A stretch of 64,000 nucleotides of DNA from Octopus sinensis. Taxonomy: Eukaryota. The position numbers were made by a program, and so were the translations under genes. Numbering within the stretch: position 1 is the first letter of the stretch; the number at the start of each line of letters is the position of its first letter. Shown here in pieces: positions 1-14,900 of this stretch. The stretch spans positions 71,982,001 to 72,046,000 of the forward strand of contig NC_043006.1 of the NCBI RefSeq assembly GCF_006345805.1, in the 5' to 3' direction. The notes under the pieces are model-generated. The model searched no databases. It was not told the origin of the DNA and worked only from the letters and a program-made list of their open reading frames with translations.

Positions 1-46
1 TCTCTTTTTATTGCTGTCCTCAAGTATTTGTACTTTTTCTTTGCAG

Positions 47-100
47 TTTACAATGATGAATCCACAGACATTCAAAGAAATCTTTTCTATCACAATAGAG
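47..100 (+). CDS. TRRAP: TRRAP exon 1 of window
   Basis: ttgcag|[18 protein letters not shown]|gtgagg. Confidence 0.93.
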
Positions 101-3100
101 GTGAGGACCATTATCATTTTTTTTTTTGTTTTAATTTTGATTTTCACTTCCCATTGATTTCTCCATTAGGTTTTGCTGTTGTTGTTTAGCTCCGAGTTAA
201 CCCTGATTGAGAAACTATGATCAAAAGTGTTCTAGATGTGGCCATCATGTCTTTTTATATATCCAGGATTACATTATCCATTGTTTCTTTCTTCTTTTAA
301 AACGCTTGTAAAGGAAGTTTGGTTGCTACTTCTAGCATGTTGCATGATTGCATAGAAACCTTCGTGTTGGAAAGATTCTACATTACTTTTAGATATCAAA
401 CCAGATCTCGATTTTCTTGAGTATCTCTCCTGGTAAACACACATCCTCTACATAGCAAAGACTGCATTTCAGCAACTAGTCTTTCTCTTCAGAACCAGGA
501 AACACTAAAACCCTCAGCAACTATTAACCCTCTATGAAGGTAATGTGAGAACCACTGTGGAGTACTGCTCCCACATCTGGACAGTATAGCACTGTCCAAG
601 ATGCTAGAATGCATTCAAAGAAAGAACACCTGACTGGTTGACATGAAACCCATCATCAACACACTCCAACCTTTCTCCATCTGACTCACTGTCTCTTCTC
701 TCTGCTTTTTCTATCACTGCTACTACAATGGCTTCCATTTCTTGAAGCTAAATAATGTCATGTCACCCTAACTGAACCGCTCCTGATTCACTCATCCTCT
801 TTTCCTTTTCTACCATATTGTGTTCACCTTTCCATGCTCCTTATTAACCAATATTCCGTTGTGCTTTCTTCCCAGAAAGTAACCATTTGAACTTCCTCTC
901 TGTACATGTTTTCTGTTACAGTCATTGACTTGCAGCTGTTCAAGACAAACATCCATATCAACCTACACCAGTCATGGTCCCTTCCTCTAACCCAAACCAA
1001 TAAAAATGCATGATAGACATGCAATACATACCCATCTCCTTGTCACCACCATCCCCTAATGGATGGAGTAGCAGTTTCATAACATTGCTAGTTAAATTGT
1101 TGTGGTTTTATGGTTTAGTCCAAGTAGGAAGGTCATCAGCCATAATCTTTTTTTTTCCCTTTTATTGACTCTGACGTTGCTAGGAGAACCACTCTGCTGG
1201 GTGGTTGATGTTAGGAAGGGCATCCAGCCATAGAGACCATGCCAAAACAGACACAGAAGTCTGGTGCAGGCTCCTGCTTGGCCAGCTCCTGTTAAACTGT
1301 CCAACCAATAATGATGATGAACCCATGCCAGCTTGGACAACAGATGTTGATGATGATGATGATGAGAGAGAGTTATCCCAAGACCAGAAAATGTTTGCAC
1401 TGGGGTAGACTCTGCTAAAGTTATTGAATGATCAGATGGTGATATCAAACATAGCGATGCATTAAATGAACTTCAAGTCAGCTCTGATGATACAAGCCTA
1501 TGAACTGAAACTATTCCAGCTGTGACCATCCCAGCTTTTATTCAATCATAGTATATCTAAGACTGTGTTATCCAATGTACCTTTCATTACTATTGTATAA
1601 TCTGCATTCAGGTTGATGGACTAAGTCTCTACAGTTGACACCAGGGGTGAACCCAAGGTGGGGGCCTGAGGTGCACATGCCCCCCTCAAGAAAAGAAGTG
1701 CACCCTTCTAAATAATGTTATTACACCCTTTTCTCCTGGAATTGTATTCCCTTCTGACCTTGTGCCCTCCCTTCAAAAAATTCCTAGGACCAGCCCTGTA
1801 CACAGTGCACTGCTAATCACAGAAAATGAACTCCCAATCTTTCAGTTGGTTGTCTGACATTCTATCAACTCAACCATCTGAAACTGCCATAGTCATGTGA
1901 TCCTACCAACATATGAGTTACAAAGGAGCTTCTTTATGATCACTCCACACTCTACTACCTTAAATGGGTAAGGGGATGTTAGGTGATAGGGGTGGTCAAG
2001 TCTGGAATAGTTTTTCCCCCTCTCTCAAATGCATTCTCACTCATTTGAGGGGGCTTTTTCCTTTTCCTTTCACTAGGGCTATTGTCATGTAAAAATAAAC
2101 ATCCAATACATTCTATAAAGTGATTGACATTAAGAAAGAGCATCTGGCTGTAGAAGCCATACCAAAGCTGGAACCAGACACAGCATCTTGTTAGACCTTG
2201 TCAAACTGTCCAAATCATGCCAACATGGAAAACAAATGATGATGATGATGATGTCTGCTGGATCAGCTTGACATGGAGGGAAACAACAACAATAGGCATA
2301 CAGAAAAAGTCTGGATCAATCTTAACATAAAGCACTGTATAGTTGAGTACACTGTACTGTCTTCTACCAGAAGGAGACATTGTGTATCTGGAGCATTGTC
2401 CTAATAACATTCATGTTTCTATTCCCGTTACACTTCATTCATGTATTTCATTTTATATTTCCAGTACATGGTTGACCGTATCCATAACAATTATGCACTC
2501 CAGGTAAGATATTCATTGTAAATCTTGTGTGTGTGTACTGAAGTTGTTTTAACCCTTGGCATTTAAACCAGTCATGTCTGGCCAAAATATTCTGCTTGTT
2601 TGACGATCAAACCAGACAGATTCAGTCTCTCACACCTACCTTACAATATCATTCGAAAAATTAACAATCACATTATTGAAATCTAACTTCAAGTTATTGT
2701 AAGACAAAGTCATTTCCACTTAAAAACTGTGAAATTTTCAATATATGATTTTTTTTTTCAATGATTGAAATGGTGATTGATTTATTGTTATGGCTTCAGC
2801 AATTAGTGATTCTGACTTTGTCCTCAAAGATTTACAAAAATGTAGAAGAAATTAATAGTAGCTTGTCTTTGGATGAATCAGATATAGATGTTTCTGAATT
2901 TTCATCTGATGAGGAAGAGTATTTTGATAGCTAAACTGATGCTTTTCAGGACATCATTCAAAACATTATGGAAACATGGTTAAACACTACAACACTAAGA
3001 CACCTTCCTGATTTTATTGAAAATACATAATTATTTCAAGTCTGCTTGTAAGAAATTTACAAAGTTACAAATATTGTTGACATCCTCTGTCTTGAGTATG

Positions 3101-6100
3101 ATTAATTCAAGACAATGTGAATAAATAAGCATTACATTACATGACTAGAGACTGAGACCATTGGCGATATGCTGTGCTTGAGAAGACCCATCAAGCCAAG
3201 TGAAATTGTAGTCGTGACCAATGCTGGCATCATGTAACTTTCACCATTCGAGTGTTGGGCCTCATGGAGGCAATGTGGCCGATGCCAGTGGCACTTAAAA
3301 ATACCCATTACACTCTTGGAGTGGTTGGAGTTAGGAAGGGCATCCAGCCAGAGAAATCATGCCAAATCAGACTGGAGTCAGGTGCAGCCCCTCAGCCCTG
3401 GTCAAACCATCCACCTCGTGTCAGCATGAACATTGGATGTTAAATGATGATGATGATTTAACATAGTAATCTAAATGCTAATGGCTTAACAGATCTGGGA
3501 TATGATCTTCTCATCTATAACAAATTGACCTCTACAGGCAAAGAACTTGTGAAAATCCACAAGAGAAAAGAGAATACTTAGTGATGTTGAGGAAGTAGGA
3601 AGACAATTGTGACTGTTACACTGTGAAATTGAACCTTGTTTGTGACATGGCTGGTCATTGGTGAAAGAGACCAGTTATTAAGGAGAGGGTGTAGGTTTCT
3701 ATGATTTCTGCGTGTTGTCTCACAAGTATTACTGTAACCCTGCAGTTCAACAACATACGAACACTCAGAGCAAGAATTCAAACAGTTCAATATGGAAATG
3801 GGTGGGGAGAAAAATTATTGGTTAATCAGGCATTGGAGATAGTGTAACTAGGTTGTCAGAGAAAGATAAACATCCATAATGGATTCTTCAAGCTAGAAAA
3901 TTGATGAGAGATATGTTTTCTGTGCTGGTTTGTGTTGCTGTGTTTATTTCTGTATGTTGGTGTATTTTCTTAGTGTGCGTATATGTCCCTGAATGCAAAT
4001 GTGTAAGTGTATATACATTCCTGAGCAGTCAGTGTGTGTTAATATACAGACGAGACTATTTAGTTATGTGTGTGTACTTATGACTACAAATGTGTTTGTG
4101 TATATGCATGTGTGTTCCTGAGTGCAAATGTGTTTCTGTCTGTGTATGTATTTGTATACCAGGATGTGTTTCTCTGTGAGTTTGTGTGCTTGTATATGAA
4201 TGTATTAACTTCCCTCTACATTATTCCTCTCTTTGAGAAAATAACCCTACAAATCTATTGTTATACTTCCAGATCATAGCCAACAGTTTCTTGGCTAATA
4301 ACACCACCTCAGCAACATTTGCTACCATTTTGGTGGAATTCCTGCTTGCTAGAATGGAAGAAATGGGATGTAAGTACCTTTCTTTCTCCTTTCACACACT
4401 CTCCACCCCCGTTGTATACATATACACATGCACACACACACATCTCTTCCTCTTCAAAACAACACCATATTAGATGATGGAGTGGCAGGAATGATAACAC
4501 ATTTGTTAAAATGATTACTTCACTGCTATTGTATATTGTTTTATTTTTTAAGGCATGAAAGCTGCAACTTCTCATATTGTGTCCTCCCCCCAACTTCCAC
4601 ACTCTTTGTCTGTTTAATGCTGCATTCTGTAATTTGTTGAAATTGTTTTCCAGCTTCAAATACTGAAAGATCAAATTTGTATCTGAAATTATTTAAATTG
4701 GTGTTTGGATCAGTATCTTTGTTTGCGGCTGAAAATGAGCAAATGCTGAAGGTATGTTGCAGATTCAAATACTGAAGATATATTATATATTCAAATACTT
4801 GTTGTTAAGATGATAATGAATTGGCAGAGTCATTAGAGTCTTTGAATAGATTGGCAGAGTCATTGGTTGGATTCAACAATGTCATAGAGTCAATGGATGA
4901 ATGTGGCAGAGTCAGTAGAGTTGATGGATAGAATACCTCACTGTAATTTGTTCAAACTTTCTGCATTCTGAGTTCAAATCCAGCTGAAGTCAGCTTCACA
5001 TTTCACCCTTTTGGTCAGTGAAAACATACTGGTTGAGGGCAGTAGATTGGTAGAACTGCTGGAGGGATGGGCAAAATGCTTTGCAGTATCTGTTCCAGCT
5101 CTTTGCATCTTGACAGCAATGCATCTAACAAGACTGTTAGCCATCACTTTTTTTGTTAATTACTTGTCTTGAAAGTAAAGAAACAAAACACTATTTTTTT
5201 AAATGCATTATAGTATTTATCTGTGTTTAAGCTTTGACATGTTTGACATAGCATTTCAACCCTTCAAGACTGACAAACGAAATACAAGGGATATCCTGTG
5301 ATCAATTTGATTGATTATAAAGTATCCTGTCTTCTCTCTAAAATAGTTGACCATGTGTCGATGAAAATAAAATAAACATCTTTAAGAAAATACAGTTTGG
5401 CACCAAACTGTTGGTTCGAGTTGGCAGCGTTTCTCTTGTATAAGCATCAGTGGTCTGGAGAGAAGAGACATTCCTGCTTTTCTTCTCAAAACATGTTGCC
5501 TTGACCTGCTCATATAAGAGTCAACAAAATACAAGATGACATATGATATGGTGTTATCATTCCTGCCACTCCATCATCTAATATTTTGAGTCCAAATCCT
5601 ATCAGATTTAACTTTACCTGTTATACTTCCAGAGGTGGATCGAACAAAATACCAGCTGCAGACTCAAGTTGCTTTAAATGACAATATCTACTCCCCAAAA
5701 TCTTTAGGCTCCTGCCGGTATTAGAAACCATCATCATCAAAAGCAGTAAGCTGGCAGAATCATTAAGCATGCTGGACAAAATGCTTATTCCATTCATCTC
5801 TATATTCTGAGTTCAAATTCCACCAATATTGACTTTACCTTTTGTCCTTTCAGTGCTGATGAAATAAATACCAGCTGAGCTCTGAGGTCAATGTAATCAA
5901 CTAGCAACCCCACCCCATAAGTTTCAGACATTGTACCTATAGTAGAAAGGATTATGCTTATTATTAATGTGGATTGGTAGCATTATATGTTTGGGATCTG
6001 TACATTCTGTGTTCAAATCCCAACAAGGTTGACTTTGCCTGTCTTCCTTCTGGGGTTGATAAAGTGCCACTCAAGTAATGGGGTTGATAACATTGACTAA

Positions 6101-9100
6101 TCCTATCATCATCATCATCATCATCTAACATCTGTCTTCCAAACCTCAGCCCCTTCTGTTAATGTTTTATTTTCTCTCCTTTAGTCAGGAGGAAGATGGC
6201 AAGCTAGCAAAATTGTTAGCCCATTAGACAAAATGCTTAGTGGTATTTCTTCTGGCTGTTTATGTTTTGAGGTCAACTTTGCCTTTCATCCCGTCACATT
6301 CAATAAAAATAAAGTACCAGTCACATATTAAAGCTGATGTAAGCAACTTGCCCCCTCTCCTCAAAAGATAAATTGCTTGCCTTGAACCCTGCACTGGATC
6401 AGCATCATGTTCAGTGACTGTTGTTATCTCAAGCACTTTTTACGCTGTGGAAACCGAGAAACCAGCCTTAACTCTTTCAAGTTGGAAGGTACAAATAAAG
6501 TACCACTTATTTGTATCAGTTTAATGAGTGGTGGTATGTAATTCGTACGGAAACTTAAAATTCTGTTTGCTGAATGGTTGCACAGAAAACGTACTGCTTC
6601 ATCTATCAGCCAATCAGAAGCTACCCTTACATCTGGCAACAATTTCTGCGACACAAACGGAATATTTTCTCAGTTGAATCCATTTTGTGCCAAAGGTCAG
6701 TCGATGGAAAAACAAGAAAATTTTTGCCCTTCTAGAGTTTTTTTAGCCTATCTATCTCTCCCCTGAAAGACTCCAAGAGTCCAAGGGCTTGAGAAAAATC
6801 AGGTGGAAATGTCAGTAGCCTTGACCTCGACAGGCTCTTGATGAGGAAGGATTTAATGGTTAATGTGAGTGGAGTGAAGAAGGTAATGATAGGTTAGGAT
6901 TAGACAGGATTGGCTGGAGGTGGTGATATTAATTTGTCCCAATTATTGATGTGTTTTTTTTTTTTTTGGTCAGCCTCACCTACATACCATCGTCAACCGT
7001 TCCATGTCATTGGCGATGACTGCAAAAGAACCATACAACTATTTCCTCCTGTTACGGACTCTGTTCCGCTCTATTGGAGGAGGAAGTCATGACATGCTTT
7101 ATCAAGAGTTTCTGCCATTATTGCCAAATTTGCTCCAAGGTAAGTGAATGCTATTGTTGTTTAATCCCAAGTCAATCCTGATTCAACAAATATGGTCTGA
7201 GATATTCCATGTGTAAGCATTATATCATGCAGTATTATATTATGCAGTAGTATGTGATATCCTTGATACTGTATGATATTCTTGATTTTGTTGATATATG
7301 ATATGAGCATGTTTTTTCTTATCTTTTAGGTTTGAACAGTCTCCAAAGTGGCTTACATAAACAGCATATCAAAGACTTGTTTGTTGAGCTGTGCCTAACA
7401 GTACCTGTACGACTCAGTTCCTTATTGCCATATCTACCCATGCTCATGGATCCTTTAGTATCAGCTTTAAATGGATCACAGACCTTAGTTAGTCAGGCAA
7501 GTAGTTCAGATTTTACTCTCTGTTGGTTTGCTTTCAAAAATTGTTCCTAACTGACATTAATATTATAAAAACTTTAAAAAAAAATTAATGTAAATATCTT
7601 TTTAGTACACAGAAGGGCATGTTTAAGGACTAATGTCAATGTTTGCTTTTACATAGTTAAAAGGATAAGAGATAAATCTAAGTTTAGGGCATTGCTCTAT
7701 CACAGATAACATTTCCAGGTGATTTGGTGTCATTTAATGTGCTAGAAATAGCAGTTAGATTTCACTCACATCACTCACTCTACTGTCTTAAGGAAGATAT
7801 GTTAGATTATGTAGTCACAATTATCCCTAAATGACAAGGTGTTCATGGTTGGAACACTTTTGATCAGAAGTCAACTGGGGTTAGTAAACAACAATATGAA
7901 CAGGACCAATATTTTCTGCTAATGTTACTTGTAATAAATATTATGACCCAAGAAAAGGTTTATCCCTCATCTCCTAAATCAGAACAAAACAGAAATTGGG
8001 TAATATTTAGAACTTTTATATTTTTTAACATTGTGAGAAAATTTCACTGTAAGAGAATGTGTGGCTGTTATGCTTTTCTGCAACATTTGTTGAAGCTCTA
8101 CTAGACTAGAGACTGATGTATGTATGGTGTTTGTTTAAGCATTGTGAAATGTTTGTCCTGTATGCTATACTCTGTGTGTGTGTATTGTAATATGTAATCA
8201 TAAAATTATTTTTACTGTTTTGATTTCAGGGTCTTCGTACATTGGAGTTGTGTGTTGACAACTTACAGCCAGAATTTCTATATGAACATATTCAACCAGT
8301 CCGTGCTGAATTGATGCAGGTCAGATTCTAGATATTTCTTTTACTTTCCCATGCTGCATCACATCTTGATAACTCTATTAGAGATGGCATTATGGTGTGG
8401 CTTTCATTGATTATTTTTGTCTTTTTATAGAAGATGAATGGAGTTAGTTTCATGGTCAGTGGTACTGGTTGCGGTATTGGTGATGGCAGCAGCTGATGTT
8501 CCAATCAAACCCAAGAGGCTGTGTTTCCATTGGTTTTTCAGACTATTGATATTACAATACCTGACACAAGTGCCATCATTTTCTTTTATTATTGTGGGAT
8601 TTGAACTGAAAATGTATAGAATCAGATACCACAAGGGATTCTGTCCAACATTTCAATTTCACCAGTCCACTGCCCTGGATCAATACATTTTTATCAACCT
8701 TAATAGGTGCACATGTGGCTGTGTGGTAAGAAATTTACTTCCCAGCCACATGGTTTCAAGTTCAGTCCCACTGCATGGCACTTCCGGCAAGTATCTTCCA
8801 CTATAGACGAGCTGACCAAAGCCTTGTGGGTGGATTTGGAAACTGAGCAAAGCTTGTCATATAAATATATGTGTGTGTTACTGCCACCTTGTCTTGGCTT
8901 CATGTGATAGTTGTAAACGAGTGTGATCATTGTGCAAGCGGTATCCCTTGTTTCCAGTCTTCCATGAAAACATGTCTGGTCATGGAGAAATAAATATTAC
9001 CTTACTTGGAAACAGATAAGGGTTGGCTACAGGAAGGGCATCAGTCTGTAGAAAATCTGCCTCAACAACTTTCATTCGACTCATGCAAACATGGAAAGGT

Positions 9101-11894
9101 GAATGTAAAATGATGATAATATTGATGGTGATGATGATGAATATATCCTGTGTCATGCAGAGTAAAGGATGAGGAAGGGAATTAGATATGAAGCTGGGAA
9201 GTCAGCAGTTCAAGTCTTGTTTGGCCGGATTGTATAATTTTGTTTCCTTTTTTTTTCTCTAGGCATTGTGGCGTACTTTAAGAAATCCATCAGACAGCAT
9301 TGCTCTTGTTGCCTTCCGCCTTCTGGGAAAGTTTGGTGGAGGTAACCGAAAAATGGTTAGAGAGCCTCAGCAAGTAAGTTTAGCATAAATTATAATAGCA
9401 TGTGTATGTGTTTAGCATAAATCATATTTCTTGTGCATACAAGTTTAGCATAAATTAGCATAAGTATCACCAGCTTGTGTGTGTGTTTAAATTTGCATAA
9501 AATATATTAGCTTGTGTGTGTGTATAAGTTATTGAATGTAGAATCACCTTCTTTGCTTGTGTGTAAATTAACATAAATTATAAAGTTTGTGTGCGTGTCT
9601 GTTTCAAAGTGGATTTTCAGCTTTTCCTCTTTATTTTCCTTATGGTTGTGTTTATCTTCTTCTTCTTCAGCTCAACTATAATGAAAAAGAAACAGTTGGT
9701 CCCTGTGTTGTACTTCAGTTCCAAGATTGTAAGATTCCTATTAATTTACCAGTAGAGAAAGTAAGTACATTTCATTGCTTGTAAGGTAGTTGTGTGTGTA
9801 TTAGTATTGGTGAGTGAGTGTTTATCAGTTGGTCCAGTTACCTAGTTCTCACAGTTACAACATTGTCCATGAACAAGTACAACTGAGTGAACCAGAGCAA
9901 TGTGAAATGAAGTGCTCAAGAATAGGATGTGCTGCTTGGTCCAAGAATCGAAACCATGACTTAGCAATTATGGGTACAAAACCCTAACAGCTGGGCCACG
10001 CTGCTACATTAATCTGGAGCTGAAAAGAATTGACTTTACAGAAGAACTTCAATTGAAATGACTATCTTTTTTTTTTATCTATTATTGGTGGTAGTGATGA
10101 TGATGATGGCGGTGGTGGTGGCAGAGTTAGGATATAGCAATAACTGATCTCTCTACATCTTCCCCACCTGCATTATTGTTTAGCTCCAGGTCAGTGCTCA
10201 TTGAGCAGACATGTGTCAGAGTGTTGTCACTATGACCATTCTTGTTTATCTTAAAGGGTATATTGGTTCTCACAGTAGCGTCGTATGTGTGAGTCATTGT
10301 GATAGCATTGATACTTCACTGCTACCATGACAACCATATAAGTTTATAAGTTGAGTTAACAGAGAGGAGCTAGAACTATATGAAATCTCCAGATGGTTTT
10401 GGCTGAAAAGTGTTGGCAGAAGGGCACCCAGAAGTCATGACCTGTAGGTGGCCCAGCCCTCTCAAGAGTGTAAGAAGTTAAAGGTGGAAACACTTGCCTG
10501 AAGAGTGTTTCTCTTCTGAAGTCAGCTCTCTTGAGGGTTTCTTACCACTAAAGCTATATTACTGAATGGGCTCATCATTGTTTTAAAGACATTTTGATTT
10601 GGTTGCTCTTTCTAGCAGTCAAGTGACTATGTAGATGTTATCTACTTTCATTTAACCCTTTTGATACCAACCTAGCTAAAACCACCTCTGGCTCTGTAGT
10701 ACTAATGTCATGTTTTCAAAAGTTCTGAATTAAAATCTTCCATCAAACCATAGTCACAATTTATGTTCCTAACATTAGCTTAATGATAACTAAGTTATTT
10801 TACTAAATTCTTTGTTATACTTAAAATTAATTGAAAGAAATACAGAGTATCTCAACAGAAATATCGTAACAAAAAGGTTAAGGGTGTGTTAAGAGCAAGT
10901 TTTCAGAGATATGGAATTCTTGTTTAAGCCACACCCGACATAAATTTGTTAGATTTTTTCCTCTTTGTGAATAAAAGAAACTTTGCAAAGTTCATATCTG
11001 ACATACATCATATTTCTCTCAGCAAAAGAGCAATAGACTGTGTATCATACTTCACTGAGAATGTTTGCAGGAAAGCTGGGGTGGAGTGAATGTGATTACG
11101 AAACGAAATAGAATTGTGTGTGAGTGGTACAATGTTTCTTGATGTTTGTCTCTGTGTGTTAGGTACATGCATTTTGGAGAGAGAAAGAGTGTGCAAGATA
11201 ATCATTCATTGTTTTGACATAAATCCAAATTAAACTGTAATAATATTATAATTTCTTTTCATTCTGTTCTATTACACAGGCCATTGACACTGCTTTGTCC
11301 AACCTGAAGTGTAGTACAACAAATGCTTTTGTATTGCGACAGTCTTGGGAACTGATTCGCTGTTTCTTGGTATCAGCCATGAGTCTAGATGACAGCCGCC
11401 AATCTCTTCAGCATCTCTTCGCACACAACAGGTCAGTATACCTGCTGCACAAATCAATTTGTTAGTAAACTCTTCAGAAGTAGGTAGGTTGGGTGACCAA
11501 GATGTTTGTAGGCCCTCTCTGACTACTGAAACAACCTGAGCATTTGTAGGTCAACACCAACAAGAAAAACATGACTGGATGAACAAATTTGCTTCAAATG
11601 TTGGCAACAGAGTGAAGCACTCAATACAAAGGTACCCAATAAAAGATGGTAGTGTTGTTAAACCAAACAGTATGCTAGCCTACTGTCTAATGTAGGCACC
11701 AAATGACCAGGAGTTTGTGTTAAATAGGGTGGTATGTTAGACCTATTTTATATATATTAGTCAGTGGGGAAGGAACAGAAGTAGGCCCATCCAGTCTGGT
11801 GAGATTTATGTCATACATAGTTGATGTAAACATCTACAGATCAAAGATCTGCTTGACCAGGACTAATCTAGGGATATGCAATGACATGCATATC

Positions 11895-11938
<44 letters not shown>

Positions 11939-14900
11939 ATTTATACATACATACACACACATACATAAAATATAATTTTGGTGTCTAGTCTATGAAGGCT
12001 TAGATTATATATTCAGAAAAATCACCTTTCACTGTTAAACCAATACAATGCAATGAAGAAGCTCAAAGCCTATTCACTATAAAACTGCCTCTCATTTTTG
12101 TTTCTGTTATGTTATGAACATTTACAGCTTCACAGAAAAGGAGATCCCTGTTCATTCTGGACCCCTATACAAAAATCCTGATGCCAACCTACGCAAGGTT
12201 CATGAACAAGCTCTTACAGGAATGTTTGGTAAGTAAACACCTCTTATTGACATTTTGATTTTTTTTTTGTCATCTTTTTTACAAGCAATGGAATTAAAAG
12301 GTGGAGTGACAGAAATAGTGAAATGCCAGGCAGATTACTTTATGGAGTTTATTTATATATCCTTACTTTGTTCTAATTCTACAATGATTCACTTTGACTT
12401 TCATAGGCAGGCATGGCTGTGTGGTAAGAAATTTGCTTCCCAACCACATGGTTCCAGGTTCAGTCCTACTGCATAGCATCTTGGGCAAATGTGTCTTCTA
12501 CTATAGTCTAGAGCCAACTAAAGCTATGTAAGTGGATTTGGTAGATGGAAAATGAAAGAAGCTTGTACATATGTGTGTATGTTGTAAATCATTCTTTTCC
12601 AATATTCTGCTAAAACGTGTCTAACCATGGGGAAATATTACCTTGTTTGGGAACAGGTGACGTTGGCAACAAGAAGGACATCTGACTGTGGAAAATTTGC
12701 TTCAATAAATCTCTGTCTGACCCATACAAGCATGGATAAGTTGATGTTAAAACAATGATTCTATCATGAATATGTTTTGATCAGGAGCACAAACCAGTGG
12801 TTTAAAAACAAAAAAAAATTATATAAGCTATTGGTGCAGGAGTTGCTGTGTGGTTAGTAGCTTGCTTACCAACCGCACAGTTCTGAGTTCAGTCCCACTA
12901 CGTGGCACCTTGAGTAAATGTCTTCTACTATAACCTTGGGCCGACCAAAGCCTTGTGAGTGGATTTGGTAGACAGAAACTTTATATCATCATCATCATTT
13001 AACATCCATTTTCCATGCTAGCGTGGGTTGTACAGTTTGACTGAGGTCTGGTAAAGCCAGCAGCTGCACCAGGCTCCAATCTGATCAGGCAATGTTTCTA
13101 CAGCTGGATGCCCTTCCTAACGCCAACCACTCCGAGAGTGTAGTGGGTGCTACATATATATAGTGAGAATTTACAAAAAAATAAAAGATGAAGGCAGGTG
13201 TGTAAACAACAAACAGATGTATTAGTCTAATGCTCAGGAAGTGAGAAAGTCTTTTACGTTTCGAGCCTATGCTCTTCGACAGAAAGGAACACAGAAATAA
13301 ACAGGGAGAGAAAATCTAAAAAATATATATGTGTGTATGTGTTTGTATGTCTGTGTTTGTCTCCCCAACATCACTTGACAACCGATGTTGGTGTATTTAC
13401 GTCTCCATAACTTAGCAGTTTAGCAAAAGAACTGATAGAATAAGTACTAGGCTTACAAAGAATAAGTCCTGGAGTTTATTTCTTCAACTAAAGGCAGTGC
13501 TCCAGCATGGCCACAGTCAAATGATTGAAACAAGCAAAAGAATAAAAAGAAAAAGCTGATAATCATGCAATGCTTAATCCAACATTTTAACTGCCCATCT
13601 TAATATGCACTTACAGATTGTTAATTAATAAATGAAAGGATGTGAAGTTAAAGAGCTGGATTACTGACTACTTTGTCACTAGAGCCATTGAGTTATGTCT
13701 CTGAGTAATGCACTTAATTTTGCTTATACCACATTGCTTACTTCACTGTCCAGTGATTAATTGTGAGGACAGGACATTCATCTGTGAAAACAGACAAATT
13801 GCTCCAACAAATATACCATGACTCTTATATAAGGACACAAAAATAGATAAAAATTGTTATAAATGGACAAAATCATTGTTAAAAATGGTGAAAAAATGAA
13901 AACACGTGATTGTTCAATTTTTGAAATGTGGCTGTGATTCCAGGTGCAGTCCCACCTTGGACAAGTTTTTTCCACTATATTTCCAGGCGACCACAGCCTT
14001 GTGAATGGATTTGGTAGACAACAACTAAAAATCCCATTGTGTGTTTGTGTGTGTGTCCTTGCCATGACATTGTGTGATAGTTGTAAATGGTTGTTACCAT
14101 CATAAAAACAGTGTCATTCATTTCCAGTATTCTGCAAGAACATGTCTGGCCATGGGAGAAATATTACCTTGCTCGAAAACAGTTAAGGATTGGTGGCATG
14201 AAGGGCATCCAGCTGTACTAAATCTGTCTCAATAAACTCCAACCAACCGACGCAAGCATGGAAAAGTGGATGTTAAAATGATAATGAATTAATACATTTA
14301 TCAAATATTAATGAAAAATTTTTTAAAAACTGGCTATTATCAAAGGAATATTTGCATTTGTTTTTCCAGTGGCTGCTGCTATCAAAGAACTCCGTAATCC
14401 TGTTCTTTCATTTATGGGATGCATGGTTCGGCACTACACAATGGTTGCTATTTCTCATCAATGTGGTAAGCCTTTTGCATGTTTATTCTTTTAACATTTT
14501 GTCTTTTATAAATAACCCCCAAACCTTTCACCTCACCTTTTGGTTCTTCTCAATGAATCCACTTCGTTGCAAGCATTCAGATCAGTTCTTCAGTCTGAGA
14601 TTAACTCAGTATCATAACATGCTACTTCCTAAAGTGCCACTGTATTAGTAATGATTACTCCCATCTCCTCAACCTCTTGGCCCTATTGAGCATTCATAAA
14701 TGCTGTTTTTCATACTCTCACTTGGTTGTAAAAACAAATATAATACCTCCTTGTTGAGAATGTAATACTCCCTTGATGAGAATGTAATTCCCCCCTTTTT
14801 GAGAATGTAATACTTTCTTGTTGAATATTAATTTTCATCAAGGATCGAGATACCTGGCGCCTGGCTGTACTTAAGAAGTTACACACCCCCACAACAGAAG

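Noticed and set aside
1483-1512. Other CTGATGA/CTGAAGA hammerhead-core hits (1484, 2907, 43866, 48921)
   Set aside because: None has a pairable stem II followed by GAAA and a stem I. One lies in a coding exon and another in a common repeat.
5392-5411. 20-bp palindrome acagtttgg-ca-ccaaactgt
   Set aside because: Short enough to occur by chance in 64 kb, with no supporting context.
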